Assembly: GCA_029240695.1 (NCBI GenBank)
Contig: JARDZU010000001.1
Coordinates: forward strand, 1-51,639
Length of the DNA stretch: 51,639 nucleotides
Source of the DNA: Acidimicrobiia bacterium
Lineage (GTDB): Bacteria; Actinomycetota; Acidimicrobiia; Spongiisociales; ZC4RG35
Direction of reading: 5' to 3'
Part shown: in pieces, positions 1 to 10,584 of the stretch
Numbering within the stretch: position 1 is the first letter of the stretch
How the letters are laid out: each line of letters begins with the position of its first letter
Translations under genes and position numbers: made by a program
The notes under the pieces: model-generated
The model's database searches: none
Seen by the model: the letters and a program-made list of their open reading frames with translations, nothing else
Told to the model about the DNA's origin: nothing

Positions 1-936
1 AAATGTGTCGACATGGATGGAGAACGGCTCAGCCTGGCCGATGGCGTACGAGAGCTGTATCTCTGCCTTCCGGGCGAGGCCGGAGGCGACGATGTTCTTC
101 GCCGCCCAGCGAGCTCCGTAGGCGGCCGAGCGATCGACCTTGGTGGCGTCCTTCCCGGAGAAGGCGCCTCCCCCGTGACGGGCGTACCCCCCATATGTGT
201 CGACGATGATCTTGCGGCCGGTGAGACCGGTGTCCGCCACCGGGCCACCCACCTCGAATCGCCCTGACGGATTGAAGATGAATCCGATGTGCGGGTCGAG
301 CATGTCCTCGGGGATCACCGCGGCCACTACCGCGTCGAAGACTTCCTGGCGCATCTCTCCCTGGTCCTTGTCCTTGGCATGGTGAGCGGAGATGAGGACC
401 TTTTCCACGGCCACGGGGCGGTCACCCTCGTATCGGACCATCACCTGGGTCTTGCCATCGGGGCGGAGATACTCCAGCTTGCCCGTCTTGCGCACCTCGG
501 TGAGACGCTCGGCCATCCGGTGAGCCAGCTGAATGGGCAAGGGCATCAACTCGGCGGTCTCATCGACGGCAAATCCGAACATGAGCCCCTGGTCACCGGC
601 GCCGAGCTCGCGATCTACACCATCGGAGATGTCCGGGCTCTGCTGCTGGACACGGTCCTGGATCTCCAGTTGCCCGGCGGCAAAGCCAGGGTCGAAGCCG
701 TCGTAGCCGATCCGCATGACGGTGTCATCGACGATGGCAGCGACATCTGGCTCAGCTCCCTTGCTGATCTCGCCGCCGACAACGGCCAGCCGGGTGGTGA
801 CGAAGACCTCGCACGCCACCCGCGCCATCTTGTCGTTGGCAAGGGCAGCGTCGAGAACCGAGTCCGAGATGGCGTCGGCCACCTTGTCCGGATGGCCTTC
901 TGTGACCGACTCTGAGGTGAAATACCAGCTTCTCAT
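1..936 (-). CDS. metK: S-adenosylmethionine synthetase, C-terminus cut by the window edge
   Basis: Absent from the ORF track because it runs off the edge. The reverse complement from the ATG at 936-934 reads [48 protein letters not shown], the canonical MetK N-terminus. The frame stays open to nt 1, where it reads ..[20 protein letters not shown]. Confidence 0.9.
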   Translation of the reverse strand, partial: MRSWYFTSESVTEGHPDKVADAISDSVLDAALANDKMARVACEVFVTTRLAVVGGEISKGAEPDVAAIVDDTVMRIGYDGFDPGFAAGQLEIQDRVQQQSPDISDGVDRELGAGDQGLMFGFAVDETAELMPLPIQLAHRMAERLTEVRKTGKLEYLRPDGKTQVMVRYEGDRPVAVEKVLISAHHAKDKDQGEMRQEVFDAVVAAVIPEDMLDPHIGFIFNPSGRFEVGGPVADTGLTGRKIIVDTYGGYARHGGGAFSGKDATKVDRSAAYGARWAAKNIVASGLARKAEIQLSYAIGQAEPFSIHVDTF

Positions 937-948
937 GCCGGGGCGAGA

Positions 949-2127
949 TTAACCCTGTTCCCCAATGGCGGCGGCCACCCGGTCGAGGAGCCGCTCGGCC
1001 ACTTCGGATTTGGCGAGGAGGGGCAGCTCTTCGGTATCACCTGACCGGTCGATGAGGACGACACGGTTGGTGTCGGTCCCGAAGCCCGACCCAGGCTCGG
1101 TCACGTCGTTGTAGACCAAGAGATCGACATCCTTCTTGCGAGCTTTTTCGACTGCCCGCTCCACTCCACCCGTTTCGGCGGCGAACCCGACAGTGAACGG
1201 CCGGGGATGACGCTGCACGACCGATGCCAGGATGTCCGGAGTCTCCGTGAGCTCGATGGAAGGAAGGCCGTCGGCCCTGGGGATCTTGGATTCCGCGGCA
1301 GATTTCGGCCTGAAGTCAGCGACCGCCGCCGCCATGATGGCGACGTGTGGCTCCACTCCGGCGACTGCCGCGAGCATCTCCTCGGCGGTCTCTACCCGGA
1401 TCAGCTTTGCCGCCGGATGGGTTGGCAGGTCAGCGGTGGTAACCAAGGTCACGTCGTACCCGCGACGAATCGCGGCGTCCGCGATCGCGTGACCCATCTT
1501 CCCGGACGAGCGGTTGCCCAGGTAGCGCACCGGGTCTACCGGCTCACGGGTCCCTCCCGCCGTCACCAGGACCTTCTGACCTTTGCCCTCACCGCCCAGG
1601 ATGTCGCCGGCGGCGACAACGATCTCCTCGGGCTCAGCGACGCGGCCCATCCCGGAGTCCCCTCCGGCGAGGGCGCCGATCTCGGGACCGATGATGTGGT
1701 AACCGAAGCCGCGCAGGGTCTCCAGATTGCGTTCGGTCGCAGGGTGCTCCCACATCTCGGTGTGCATCGCCGGCGCCAGCAACACAGGGACAGTCGTGGC
1801 GATGATCGTGGCGCTGACGAGGTCCTCGGAGATGCCATTGGCTACTCGGCCGATTGTGGCTCCGGTGGCCGGGGCAACGATCACGAGATCCGCCCAACGG
1901 GCCAATTCAGTGTGAGGCGAGACCAGGTCGGCGGCAAAGAGTGCCGTGAAAGGGTGCTCGCCGGTTATGGCGGCAAAAGTCTGGGCGCCGACGAACTCGA
2001 GAGCCGACTCGGTCATCTCGACCCGCACCGTGGCGCCGGCCTCGACGAGACGCCGAGCGAGGTAGGCGGACTTGTAAGCGGCTACGCCGCCGGTGACACA
2101 CAGAAGGACGCGGCGGCCCTGCAGCAT
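949..2127 (-). CDS. coaBC: Bifunctional phosphopantothenoylcysteine decarboxylase / phosphopantothenate-cysteine ligase
   Basis: The 393-aa ORF begins MLQGRRVLLCVTGGVAAYKSAYLARRL, a flavoprotein N-domain, and has a CoaB C-domain. The ATG at 2127 overlaps the rpoZ stop (TGATG). The ORF track starts one codon earlier, at the GTG at 2130. Confidence 0.92.
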   Translation of the reverse strand: MLQGRRVLLCVTGGVAAYKSAYLARRLVEAGATVRVEMTESALEFVGAQTFAAITGEHPFTALFAADLVSPHTELARWADLVIVAPATGATIGRVANGISEDLVSATIIATTVPVLLAPAMHTEMWEHPATERNLETLRGFGYHIIGPEIGALAGGDSGMGRVAEPEEIVVAAGDILGGEGKGQKVLVTAGGTREPVDPVRYLGNRSSGKMGHAIADAAIRRGYDVTLVTTADLPTHPAAKLIRVETAEEMLAAVAGVEPHVAIMAAAVADFRPKSAAESKIPRADGLPSIELTETPDILASVVQRHPRPFTVGFAAETGGVERAVEKARKKDVDLLVYNDVTEPGSGFGTDTNRVVLIDRSGDTEELPLLAKSEVAERLLDRVAAAIGEQG

Positions 2128-2348
2128 CACTCTTCTACGGTGTCGACCGAGACCTTGCCTTCCGCGATCTCCTCCATGGCGATCGTCAACGGCTTGCGGG
2201 ACAACGAGTGGACCTGGGGCGGGACGAACTCACCGTACCCGACTCCGAGCTGGTGGAAATAGCCGTTGATTTGGCGGGCCCGGCGGGCCGAGACGACGAC
2301 CGTCGCAAAACGGTTGCCGATCTGGTCGATGACCTGTTCGATCTTCAT
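2127..2348 (-). CDS. rpoZ: DNA-directed RNA polymerase subunit omega
   Basis: This is the C-terminal 73 aa of ORF 2127..2735: MKIEQVIDQIGNRFATVVVSARRARQINGY.., an RpoZ-like sequence. The ATG at 2348 follows AAAGGA. The upstream 129 codons of the track ORF look non-coding (Arg/Pro/Gly rich) and overlap gmk. Confidence 0.85.
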   Translation of the reverse strand: MKIEQVIDQIGNRFATVVVSARRARQINGYFHQLGVGYGEFVPPQVHSLSRKPLTIAMEEIAEGKVSVDTVEE

Positions 2349-2389
2349 GGGATCCTTTACGGGAAGGGGGATGGGGACAGAGTACCCGA

Positions 2390-2947
2390 TCAGCGGGTGG
2401 TAATCAGCCCTTCCAACTCCGATATGGCCTGATCGAGGTTGTCGTTGACGATGATGTGGTCGAAGAGATCGGGTGCTTCGGCCATCTCTGATTTTGCGAT
2501 CTCGAGCCGATCCTCGATGTCCTCGTCGGAGGTGTCGCCCCGGCGGCGCAATCTCTTTTCCAACTCCTCGAGGCTTGGCGGAGCTATGAAATACATGATC
2601 GCTTCGGGTTTGCGTTCCCGCACCTGGCGGGCACCCTGGATCTCGATCTCGAGGAGGATGTCGCGTTGGTCCGCCAAGGTCTCCTCGATCAGAGCCTGAG
2701 GCGTGCCGTAGTAGCGATTGTTGTAGATGGCCCACTCGAGAAGCTCGTCGTTCTCGATCATCTTCTCGAAATCTCGTCGCGAGATGAAGTTGTAATGGAC
2801 ACCGTGCCGCTCGCCGGGGCGCGGCAGTCTGGTGGTGGCTGAAACGGAGAACTCGATACCGAGACGCTCGATGAGCTCACGAACGATGCTCGACTTCCCC
2901 GAGCCCGATGGCCCGGAAACGACGAGAAGCCGGGCGGCGGCGGCCAC
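2390..2947 (-). CDS. gmk: Guanylate kinase
   Basis: It has the P-loop VVSGPSGSGKSS followed by SVSATTRLPRPGERHGVHYNF. The length is 185 aa and the start codon is GTG. Confidence 0.93.
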   Translation of the reverse strand: MAAAARLLVVSGPSGSGKSSIVRELIERLGIEFSVSATTRLPRPGERHGVHYNFISRRDFEKMIENDELLEWAIYNNRYYGTPQALIEETLADQRDILLEIEIQGARQVRERKPEAIMYFIAPPSLEELEKRLRRRGDTSDEDIEDRLEIAKSEMAEAPDLFDHIIVNDNLDQAISELEGLITTR

Positions 2948-2948
2948 T

Positions 2949-3263
2949 TCAGGAGAACTCGGCTAGGAGAGCCTCTTTCTGCTTGTCTCCCAGACCCCTG
3001 ATCCTGCGATTTTCGGCGATACCCACCGATTCCATGAGACGCTTCGCCTTGATCTTTCCGGTGCCGGGCATCGCTGCGAGGACCCGCTCCACCTTGAGGC
3101 CGGCAAGGAGCTCATCACTGTCGGCCTTCTCGAACAGCTCGGAGAGGCGAAGGGACCCCGTCTTCAACAACTCCTTGGCCTCGGCGCGCACTCGTCTCGC
3201 CTCCGCTGCCTTGGCCAGAGCTGCTGCTCTCTGTTCATCGGTCAATTGGGGTGGTTGCGCCAT
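2949..3263 (-). CDS. mihF: Actinobacterial integration host factor mIHF
   Basis: A 104-aa protein containing LKVERVLAAMPGTGKIKAKRLMESVGI..RRIRGLGDKQ. It occupies the conserved position between pyrF and gmk seen in Actinomycetota. Confidence 0.85.
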   Translation of the reverse strand: MAQPPQLTDEQRAAALAKAAEARRVRAEAKELLKTGSLRLSELFEKADSDELLAGLKVERVLAAMPGTGKIKAKRLMESVGIAENRRIRGLGDKQKEALLAEFS

Positions 3264-3292
3264 GTCCTCATCTCGTTCGACGAACCGTGACC

Positions 3293-4015
3293 CTAGCCAG
3301 CGTGGCTTGCGCCGGTCGTCGAAACCGCAGCCGCGATCTCCTGCGATATCGACACGGCGGCCGCCGCCGGATCGGACGCCGCAATGATCGGGCGGCCCAC
3401 AACCAACAGGTCGGCTCCCGCCTCTATCGCGTCCCCTGGCGTGGCCACTCTCTTCTGATCGGCGCTGTCTGACCCGGCCGGTCTGATGCCGGGCGTGGCG
3501 ACGATGAGATCGAGATCGAGCACCTTTACCGAGGCCGCCTCAGGCACGGCGCACACCACCCCTTCGGCACCGGCCGCGGCGGCGAGCCGGGCCATAGCCG
3601 TGACGTGTGCAGCAGGGCCCTGGCTGAATCCGACTGCTTCCAGTCTCGCCTCGTCTAGAGAGGTGAGGACGGTGACAGCCAGGATCCCGGCGTCGCCTTC
3701 AGAGCTTGTGGTGAGTGCGTCCACAGCCGTCCGGATCATCTCCTCGCCTCCCGAGGCGTGGACGGTCACCCAGCGTGCCCCGAGAGAGCCCAGCCGCCTG
3801 GCTGCTCCAGCCACCGTGTTCGGGATGTCATGGAGTTTCGCGTCGACGAAGACCGGAGCACCAAGGGCGGCAATCCGTGACACGATGCCGGGGCCCTCCC
3901 CCATGAGCAGCTCGAGCCCGACCTTGAAGCCGTCGACATGCGGATGAATGGCCCCGGCGATGCGGAGCGCCTCCTCTCCCGTGGGCACGTCGAGGGCGAC
4001 TACGAGGAGACTCAC
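3293..4015 (-). CDS. pyrF: Orotidine 5'-phosphate decarboxylase
   Basis: It reads LVVALDV...FKVGLELL...VFVDAKLHDIPNTV and is 240 aa long. The GTG start overlaps the pyrD stop (GTGA). Confidence 0.9.
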   Translation of the reverse strand: MSLLVVALDVPTGEEALRIAGAIHPHVDGFKVGLELLMGEGPGIVSRIAALGAPVFVDAKLHDIPNTVAGAARRLGSLGARWVTVHASGGEEMIRTAVDALTTSSEGDAGILAVTVLTSLDEARLEAVGFSQGPAAHVTAMARLAAAAGAEGVVCAVPEAASVKVLDLDLIVATPGIRPAGSDSADQKRVATPGDAIEAGADLLVVGRPIIAASDPAAAAVSISQEIAAAVSTTGASHAG

Positions 4016-4926
4016 CAGGGCACCACTCCCCCAATGAGGTCCGGCACCGTGACGTCACGCCGCTCTAGATCGCGACTCAGCTCACGCTCGATGCGCTTTC
4101 CGGCGCGTGGCTCGGCGAGATGTGCGGTGCCGATCGCGACCGCCGATGCACCTGCGAGGAGATACTCGACGACGTCCCTGCCGGTCATGACACCTCCGCA
4201 CCCGACAATGGGGGCTCCGGGCAGGGCCTGAGACACTTCGTACACACTGCGAAGGGAGATGGCCTTCAGACCGGGACCGCTGTAGCCGCCGACTCCGCCA
4301 CTGAGCAGTGGGCGGCCCGTGACGGGGTCGATGCCGAACCCGAGAATCGTGTTGGTCAGGGTGAGGAAGGTGGCGCCGGCCGCCAGGCAGGCGGCGGCGA
4401 CCGCCACGATGTCATCGGTGTTGGGTGAGAGCTTGGCGCCCACTGGCACCTCGGATGTCGCGGCCACCGCCGTGACCACCTCGGCCGACCTCGGCGCATC
4501 GAGCGAGAACATGCGCCCATCTTCGAGATTTGGGCAAGAGAGGTTGATCTCGATGACGGGCACACCGGCCGAGACGAGCCCTTTGGCCACCATGGCAAAC
4601 TCGTCTGGTGTCTCCCCGACCGCAGACCCCCACACCGGCACCCCCAGACCGGCAAGTAGCGGTGCCATGGTCTCGACCCAGGCCTCGATGCCCGGGTTCT
4701 GGATGCCGATCCCGTTGAGCATCCCGGGGCCGGCCGGGGCGAGACGTGGGGCCGGCCGGCCTGACCACTCCACCGGGGCGACCGACTTGGCTACTGCGGC
4801 CCCGTAGGGCGAGACATCGGCCACCTCTGCCCACTCCCAGACAGACCCGACAGTGCCCGAGGCGGCGATGAGCGGGCTTCGCAGCTCGATCGGGCCCAGG
4901 CGCGTCGTCAGACGGTCTGATGCCAT
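4012..4926 (-). CDS. pyrD: Dihydroorotate dehydrogenase, class 1 (1B-like catalytic subunit)
   Basis: It is 304 aa with [12 protein letters not shown], the EINLSCPN motif carrying the catalytic Cys, KLSPN and [19 protein letters not shown]. From memory it aligns closely with Bacillus PyrD. Confidence 0.9.
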   Translation of the reverse strand: MASDRLTTRLGPIELRSPLIAASGTVGSVWEWAEVADVSPYGAAVAKSVAPVEWSGRPAPRLAPAGPGMLNGIGIQNPGIEAWVETMAPLLAGLGVPVWGSAVGETPDEFAMVAKGLVSAGVPVIEINLSCPNLEDGRMFSLDAPRSAEVVTAVAATSEVPVGAKLSPNTDDIVAVAAACLAAGATFLTLTNTILGFGIDPVTGRPLLSGGVGGYSGPGLKAISLRSVYEVSQALPGAPIVGCGGVMTGRDVVEYLLAGASAVAIGTAHLAEPRAGKRIERELSRDLERRDVTVPDLIGGVVPW

Positions 4927-7900
4927 TCCTGGAGGCTCCTCGGCCGCTGGATGGCGCCTGGCCCGGCGCGGAGGCTGCGGGCCACCGCCAGCCCACCCTG
5001 GATCGTGGTCACACAGGGAATGGAGTGGGTACGGGCGGCGATCCGGATCGTCCTGCCGTCGGATCGCGCCTTGCCGCCGCGAGGTGTGTTGATGACGAGT
5101 TGCACCTCGCCGTCCTCGAGACGTTGCCCGATGTCCCTCGGCCCCTCCCCCACCTTGTGGACCGGCTCGGCGTCGATTGCGTGGTGCTTCAGGTACCGGG
5201 CGGTGCCGTGGGTCGCGACCAGGTCGAACCCAAGCATGGTGAAAGCCTGGGCCACGGCCAGCCCCATCGCCTTGTCCCTGTCGGCGAAAGATAGAAACAC
5301 CCGCCCGCGTGTCGGCAGGATGTGACCGGCCGCGAGCAAGGCCTTTGCAAAGGCAACTCCGACGTCGGGGCCGATCCCCATCACCTCGCCGGTGGCCCGC
5401 ATCTCCGGGCCGAGCACCGAGTCCTCCTCGGGGAATCGATCCCAGGGGAGGACAGCGTTCTTCACTGCGACGAAGTCGGGGCGTTTGGTCGAGATCGGCA
5501 CGACACCCTCGCGACGTAGCTCTTCGAGGGAGGTGCCCATCATCACCCTGGCTGCGATCCGGGCGAGAGGCACCGCAGTCGCTTTGCTGATGAACGGGAC
5601 CGTTCTGCTCCCCCGGGGGTTGGCCTCGAGGACGTAGACGTCGTCTCCCTTGACCGCGAACTGCAGATTGATCAAGCCACGCACCCCGAGCGCGGCGGCC
5701 AGCTCTGATGTCGCCCTGAGGATCTCTTTGTGGGCCTCGTCCGAGATCGTGGGCGGCGGGGTGACGCAGTCGGAATCACCGGAATGGACACCAGCCTCCT
5801 CGACATGCTCCATGACACCGCCGAGGAGCAGCTCCGAGCCGTCATAGACCGCGTCGACGTCGATCTCCACCGCCGCCTCGAGGAATCGGTCGATGAGGAT
5901 TGGTGCCCCGATCAGCTCCGGGTCAGCCTCGCCGTACATCTCCCGCACGTAGTCGGCCAGCTCTTCGACGCTGTACACCACCCGCATCTTCCGGCCACCG
6001 AGGACGAAGGACGGCCTGACCATGACCGGCAGACCCACCTGGTCGACGACGTCTTCTGCTTCACGCGCCGATGAGGCCGAGCCGGCGGGCGGCTGCCGGA
6101 GACCCAGGCTCTTGCATAGCTCCGCGAACTGCTCACGATCCTCCGCCAACTCGATCGACGCCGGGGAGGTGCCGGCGATTGGCACTCCGGCATCATGCAA
6201 CGCTCTAGCCAGGTTGAGCGGAGTCTGTCCCCCGAGCTGGACCACGACGGCCTCGGGACGCTCTGCCTCGATCACGGACAACACGTCCTCGACGGTCAGT
6301 GGCTCGAAATACAGGCGATTCGATGTGTCGTAGTCCGTCGAAACCGTCTCGGGGTTGCAGTTGACCATCACGGTCTCGTATCCCGCGTCGCGCAGGGCGA
6401 ATGCAGCGTGCACACAGCAGTAGTCGAATTCGATGCCCTGGCCGATCCGGTTGGGGCCGGAGCCGAGTACCACAACCCGGGGCCGTTCGGCCGGGGGCAC
6501 CTCAGATTCCTCCTCGAAGGTCCCGTACATGTACGGGGTGTGGGCTTCGAACTCGGCGGCGCAGGTGTCCACGGTCTTGTAGGTGCGATTGATCCCGAAA
6601 CGGGCGCGGGCCTCCCGTACGTCGATTTCGGTCTCGCCCCAGATATGGGCAAGCTGGCGATCGGAGAAGCCGTACCTCTTCGCCTCTTGCAGCAGGTCTC
6701 GATTCCCGGAGCCGGCTGCTTCGATCTCCAATCGCACTTCGACGATCTCGGCCATCTGGTCGACGAACCACGGGTCGATGGTGCTGAGCCGCGAGACCTC
6801 GGCGACCCCCCATCCTCTTCTCAACGCCTCCCCGACGGCAAACACTCGATTCGGCGTGGGATGTGCAATGCCATGGCTCAGCTCGTCGTCGTCCATGTCG
6901 CGCAGGGTGTGCTCCCCGGGATCGGCGTTGAGCCCGTCACGCCCGTTCTCCATGCTCCGGAGCGCCTTCTGGAGCGCCTCGGGGAAGGTTCTGCCTATCG
7001 ACATCGCCTCGCCCACGCTCCGCATCGACGTGCCGAGCCGGTTCGAGGCCGAAGGGAACTTGGAGAAGTCGAAGCGCGGCACCTTGACCACGACATAGTC
7101 AAGCGCCGGCTCGAAAGAGGCAGGCGTGGCCCCCGTGATGTCGTTGGCGATCTCATCCAGTGTGTAGCCCACGGCGAGGAGGGCAGCGATCTTGGCGATG
7201 GGGAATCCGGTCGCCTTGCTGGCCAATGCAGACGACCGGCTCACTCTCGGGTTCATCTCGATCACGAGACGGCGTCCGGTGGCGGGGTCGACGGCGAACT
7301 GGACATTGGAGCCGCCGGTCTCGACGCCGATGGCCCGGAGCACCGCAATCCCATCGTCCCGCATCTCCTGGTACTCGCGGTCGGAAAGGGTCTGGATCGG
7401 TGCCACTGTGATCGAGTCCCCTGTGTGCACCCCCATCGGGTCGAGGTTCTCAATCGAGCAAACGATCACCGCGTTGTCCTTGTGGTCACGCATGACCTCG
7501 AGCTCGAACTCCTTCCAGCCCTCCACCGATTCCTCGACGAGAATCTCCGACACCGGAGAAGTGGCCAAACCGTGGCGAGCCACATCGATGAATTCCTCGT
7601 CGTCGGCGGCAATTCCCGTGCCCCCTCCGCCGAGGATGAAGGAGGGGCGGACCATGACCGGGAATCCGATCTCATGGGCGATCTTCACAGCCTCGGTCAT
7701 CGACCGGGCATACCCGGCACGTGGCACCTCGAGACCCACCTTCTCCATCGTTTCCTTGAACAGACCGCGATCTTCGGCCCGCTCGATCACCTCCAGACCG
7801 GCTCCGATCATCTCGACTCCGAGTCGCTCGAGGATCCCCCTGCGGGCGAGCTCGGAGGCGACGTTGAGGGCGGTCTGGCCGCCGAGGGTGGGAAGGAGCG

Positions 7901-8153
7901 CATCGGGCTGCTCCCTGGCGATGATCTCCGCCACCACCTCGGGCGTGATGGGCTCGATGTAGGTCGCATCGGCGAACTCGGGGTCCGTCATGATCGTGGC
8001 GGGGTTGGAATTGACCAGGATCACCCGGTATCCCTCGGCCCGGAGCACTTTCGCCGCCTGGGTGCCCGAATAGTCGAACTCACAGCCCTGGCCGATGATG
8101 ATTGGCCCCGAGCCGATGAGGAGGATCGACCTCAGGTCGCGTCTCGCCGGCAT
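4908..8153 (-). CDS. carB: Carbamoyl-phosphate synthase large subunit
   Basis: From the ATG at 8153 it reads [33 protein letters not shown] and runs 1081 aa. The first 86 codons of the track ORF overlap carA and are spurious. The carA stop and carB start overlap as TGATG. Confidence 0.95.
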   Translation of the reverse strand: MPARRDLRSILLIGSGPIIIGQGCEFDYSGTQAAKVLRAEGYRVILVNSNPATIMTDPEFADATYIEPITPEVVAEIIAREQPDALLPTLGGQTALNVASELARRGILERLGVEMIGAGLEVIERAEDRGLFKETMEKVGLEVPRAGYARSMTEAVKIAHEIGFPVMVRPSFILGGGGTGIAADDEEFIDVARHGLATSPVSEILVEESVEGWKEFELEVMRDHKDNAVIVCSIENLDPMGVHTGDSITVAPIQTLSDREYQEMRDDGIAVLRAIGVETGGSNVQFAVDPATGRRLVIEMNPRVSRSSALASKATGFPIAKIAALLAVGYTLDEIANDITGATPASFEPALDYVVVKVPRFDFSKFPSASNRLGTSMRSVGEAMSIGRTFPEALQKALRSMENGRDGLNADPGEHTLRDMDDDELSHGIAHPTPNRVFAVGEALRRGWGVAEVSRLSTIDPWFVDQMAEIVEVRLEIEAAGSGNRDLLQEAKRYGFSDRQLAHIWGETEIDVREARARFGINRTYKTVDTCAAEFEAHTPYMYGTFEEESEVPPAERPRVVVLGSGPNRIGQGIEFDYCCVHAAFALRDAGYETVMVNCNPETVSTDYDTSNRLYFEPLTVEDVLSVIEAERPEAVVVQLGGQTPLNLARALHDAGVPIAGTSPASIELAEDREQFAELCKSLGLRQPPAGSASSAREAEDVVDQVGLPVMVRPSFVLGGRKMRVVYSVEELADYVREMYGEADPELIGAPILIDRFLEAAVEIDVDAVYDGSELLLGGVMEHVEEAGVHSGDSDCVTPPPTISDEAHKEILRATSELAAALGVRGLINLQFAVKGDDVYVLEANPRGSRTVPFISKATAVPLARIAARVMMGTSLEELRREGVVPISTKRPDFVAVKNAVLPWDRFPEEDSVLGPEMRATGEVMGIGPDVGVAFAKALLAAGHILPTRGRVFLSFADRDKAMGLAVAQAFTMLGFDLVATHGTARYLKHHAIDAEPVHKVGEGPRDIGQRLEDGEVQLVINTPRGGKARSDGRTIRIAARTHSIPCVTTIQGGLAVARSLRAGPGAIQRPRSLQEWHQTV

Positions 8154-9319
8154 CAGCCGCTTTCCCCCTCGATCAGCCGGGTGAATTGGTCGAAGAGGCC
8201 TCTGGCGTCGCGTGGCCCTGGAGCGGATTCGGGGTGATATTGGACCGAGAACGCAGGCACATCCACCAGTCGCATCCCCTCGAGGGTCCCGTCGTTCAGG
8301 TTCTGATGAGTGGGGACCAGAGGGCCGAACCGGCTCTCGACCACGTTTGGGAGCAGGTCCGGGCCGGCCAGGCCCGACCTCTCCGGCGCCGGCCGGCCCG
8401 CCAGCGACCACATGTCAACCGCAAACCCGTGATTCTGGGCGGTGATCTCCACCCTTCCGTCCTCGAGACGTCGTACGGGGTGATTGCCCCCGTGATGCCC
8501 GAAGGGGAGCTTGTAGGTGGATGCGCCGGTGGCCAGGCCGAGCAGCTGATGACCCAGGCAGATCCCGAAGAGAGGGACCTTCCCCAGCAGCCCGCGCAGC
8601 GTCTCGATTGCGGTCACCAAAGGCTCCGGGTCGCCCGGGCCGTTGGAGACGAAGACCCCATCGGGCTCCAGAGCCAGTACTTGATTCGCCCCGGTCCCGG
8701 CCGGCACCACATCGACCTCGAATCCGCGTCCGCTGAGGTTGGCCAGGATGTCGCGTTTCATGCCGAGGTCGATCGCCACGACCCGGCCCCGCCGTGTGCC
8801 GACGGCGTCGAGTGTGTAGGCGTGGTCGGTTGTGACCAATGACACCAGGTCCCGGCCGACCATCGAGGGTGCCGAAGCCGCCATCTCGAGCAGTTCAGGC
8901 TGATCGACCCCGACACCGACCGCCACCGGCATGGCGCCCCGATCACGGATATGTCTGGTCAGACGCCGGGTGTCGACATCGGCCATGGCCACCACTCCGT
9001 GTGACCGCAGGTAGTCCCCCAGGGCGCCCTGCGACCGCCAATTGGAATCGCGTCTCGACATGCTGCGAACCACGAAGCCGGACACGGCCGGGCGGGAGGA
9101 CTGGTCGTCGTCTTCGGACACGCCGTAGTTGCCGATGTGGGACGAGGTCATCACCACCACCTGCCCGGCATAGGACGGGTCGGTGAGGATCTCCTGATAA
9201 CCCGTCATCGACGTGTTGAAGACCGCTTCGCCGGTGGTGACACCGGCCGCGCCAACCGAACGTCCCCGGAAGACCTCACCGTCCGCCGTGCAAAGAAGGG
9301 CTGGTTCGCCGGTGGTCAA
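8153..9319 (-). CDS. carA: Carbamoyl-phosphate synthase small (glutaminase) subunit
   Basis: It contains [19 protein letters not shown] and GICLGHQ (catalytic Cys) and is 388 aa long. The TTG start overlaps the pyrC stop. Confidence 0.95.
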   Translation of the reverse strand: MTTGEPALLCTADGEVFRGRSVGAAGVTTGEAVFNTSMTGYQEILTDPSYAGQVVVMTSSHIGNYGVSEDDDQSSRPAVSGFVVRSMSRRDSNWRSQGALGDYLRSHGVVAMADVDTRRLTRHIRDRGAMPVAVGVGVDQPELLEMAASAPSMVGRDLVSLVTTDHAYTLDAVGTRRGRVVAIDLGMKRDILANLSGRGFEVDVVPAGTGANQVLALEPDGVFVSNGPGDPEPLVTAIETLRGLLGKVPLFGICLGHQLLGLATGASTYKLPFGHHGGNHPVRRLEDGRVEITAQNHGFAVDMWSLAGRPAPERSGLAGPDLLPNVVESRFGPLVPTHQNLNDGTLEGMRLVDVPAFSVQYHPESAPGPRDARGLFDQFTRLIEGESG

Positions 9320-10584
9320 ATGAGCTCTCCTTCGTACGAGACCCGGCCCTCATAAATCGTTGCCAGCACCCTGCCAGTCAACTCCATCCCGGCAAATGGG
9401 CTGTTCTGAGACTTAGACGCGAACGACCCTGGAACCCATCGACGAGCCGGATCGAAGAGAACGAGATTGGCCGGTGAGCCGGGTTCCAGCTCTCGACCCT
9501 GCCGCTCCAACCCGGCGATCCTGGCGGGTGAAATACTCATGCGCTCGAAGAAGATCCTCTGGTCCTCGCCGAGCGCGTGCGAGGCCACTGCTGCCGCCGC
9601 CGTCTCGAGACCGATGGCACCGCGTGGTGCCTCCTCGAAGGGCACGGCCTTCTCAGAAGGGGCGTGCGGGGCGTGATCGGTGGCTATGGCGTCGATGACA
9701 CCATCCCGGATCGCCGATCGCAATGCGGACCGGTCTTCGGCGCCGCGCAACGGGGGGTACATCTTCAGATTCGGGTCGAGGCCTTCGAGGGCGGAATCGT
9801 CCAGAGCCAGGTGATGTGGCGTCACCTCCGACGTCACCGACATGCCCGCTGCCCTGGCGTCCCTGATCAGCTCCACCGAGCGGGCGGTCGACACGTGCTG
9901 GATGTGTAAGGCAGCCCCCATCTCGGCCGCGATCGCGATGTCTCTGGCGACTATCACGTCCTCCGCGACACCGGGCAGGCCCGCAATCCCCAGCCGAGCC
10001 GAGACCATCCCCTCGTGCATGTGGCCCTCTCCTGCAATCGAGCGATCTTCGGCGTGCTCGGCAACCACTGCACCGGGCAGGTCGCGCAGATAAGCCATGA
10101 TTCTTCGCAAGAGCCCCGCTTCGGGAACCGCGTCGCCGTCGTCGCTGAAAATCCTCACCCCGGCCTCGTACATGGCGTCGAATCCCGCCATCTCCTTGCC
10201 GGCTCGGCCCTCGGTCAATGTTCCCGCTACCACGATGTCCACCGTGTCGACGGCGCGGGCTCGTTCGATAGCGGCGACGGCCGACGACCCCCCGTCCACC
10301 GGAGGCACCGTGTTGGGCATGGCCACTATCGCCGTGAAACCGCCTGCAGCTGCCGCCCGGGAGCCGGAGCCCACATCCTCCTTCCAGGTCTGTCCGGGGT
10401 CGCGGAGATGGACATGAAGATCCACCAGGCCGGGGCCGAGCCAGACCCCTTTGGCGTCGATCAACCTGGCCCCGTTCGAGACCGGTTCGGTCCCGACTGA
10501 AGTGATGGTGTCACCCTCGATCACGACGGTGGACTGGTCGATCCCGTCGGCCCGAAGCACGCTGGCATTGCGGATGACGATCAT
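9316..10584 (-). CDS. pyrC: Dihydroorotase
   Basis: It is 422 aa with the metal-binding motif DLHVHLRD and ...ATDHAPH. There is an ATGA overlap with pyrB. Confidence 0.93.
   Translation of the reverse strand: MIVIRNASVLRADGIDQSTVVIEGDTITSVGTEPVSNGARLIDAKGVWLGPGLVDLHVHLRDPGQTWKEDVGSGSRAAAAGGFTAIVAMPNTVPPVDGGSSAVAAIERARAVDTVDIVVAGTLTEGRAGKEMAGFDAMYEAGVRIFSDDGDAVPEAGLLRRIMAYLRDLPGAVVAEHAEDRSIAGEGHMHEGMVSARLGIAGLPGVAEDVIVARDIAIAAEMGAALHIQHVSTARSVELIRDARAAGMSVTSEVTPHHLALDDSALEGLDPNLKMYPPLRGAEDRSALRSAIRDGVIDAIATDHAPHAPSEKAVPFEEAPRGAIGLETAAAAVASHALGEDQRIFFERMSISPARIAGLERQGRELEPGSPANLVLFDPARRWVPGSFASKSQNSPFAGMELTGRVLATIYEGRVSYEGELI

Noticed and set aside
6195-8237. A 680-aa plus-strand ORF antisense to carB. 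Similar long antisense or alternative-frame ORFs include 1207..2262, 10644..11594, 12492..13244, 13403..14260, 18321..19325, 37799..38746, 38719..39606, 43148..44191 and 48340..49008.
   Set aside because: They are typical high-GC artefacts, because stop codons are rare on the strand opposite a GC3-rich gene. Their translations are low-complexity and rich in R, G, P, H and D, with no recognisable motifs. Each lies entirely inside a strongly supported housekeeping gene.
8154-8411. N-terminal extensions in the ORF-track entries for carB (8154..8411), rpoZ (2349..2735), hisS (26871..26996), relA (30575..30649), tgt (32570..32659), ruvC (35660..35737), pdxT (37807..38001), pimA (39781..39819), the EF-G paralogue (41218..41313), the DUF4388 gene (17377..17448) and the dehydratase (50739..50984).
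   Set aside because: The extensions overlap the upstream gene or cross intergenic signals. They are Arg/Pro/Gly-rich and are absent from the conserved family N-termini. Internal starts that abut the neighbouring stop codon explain the layout better.
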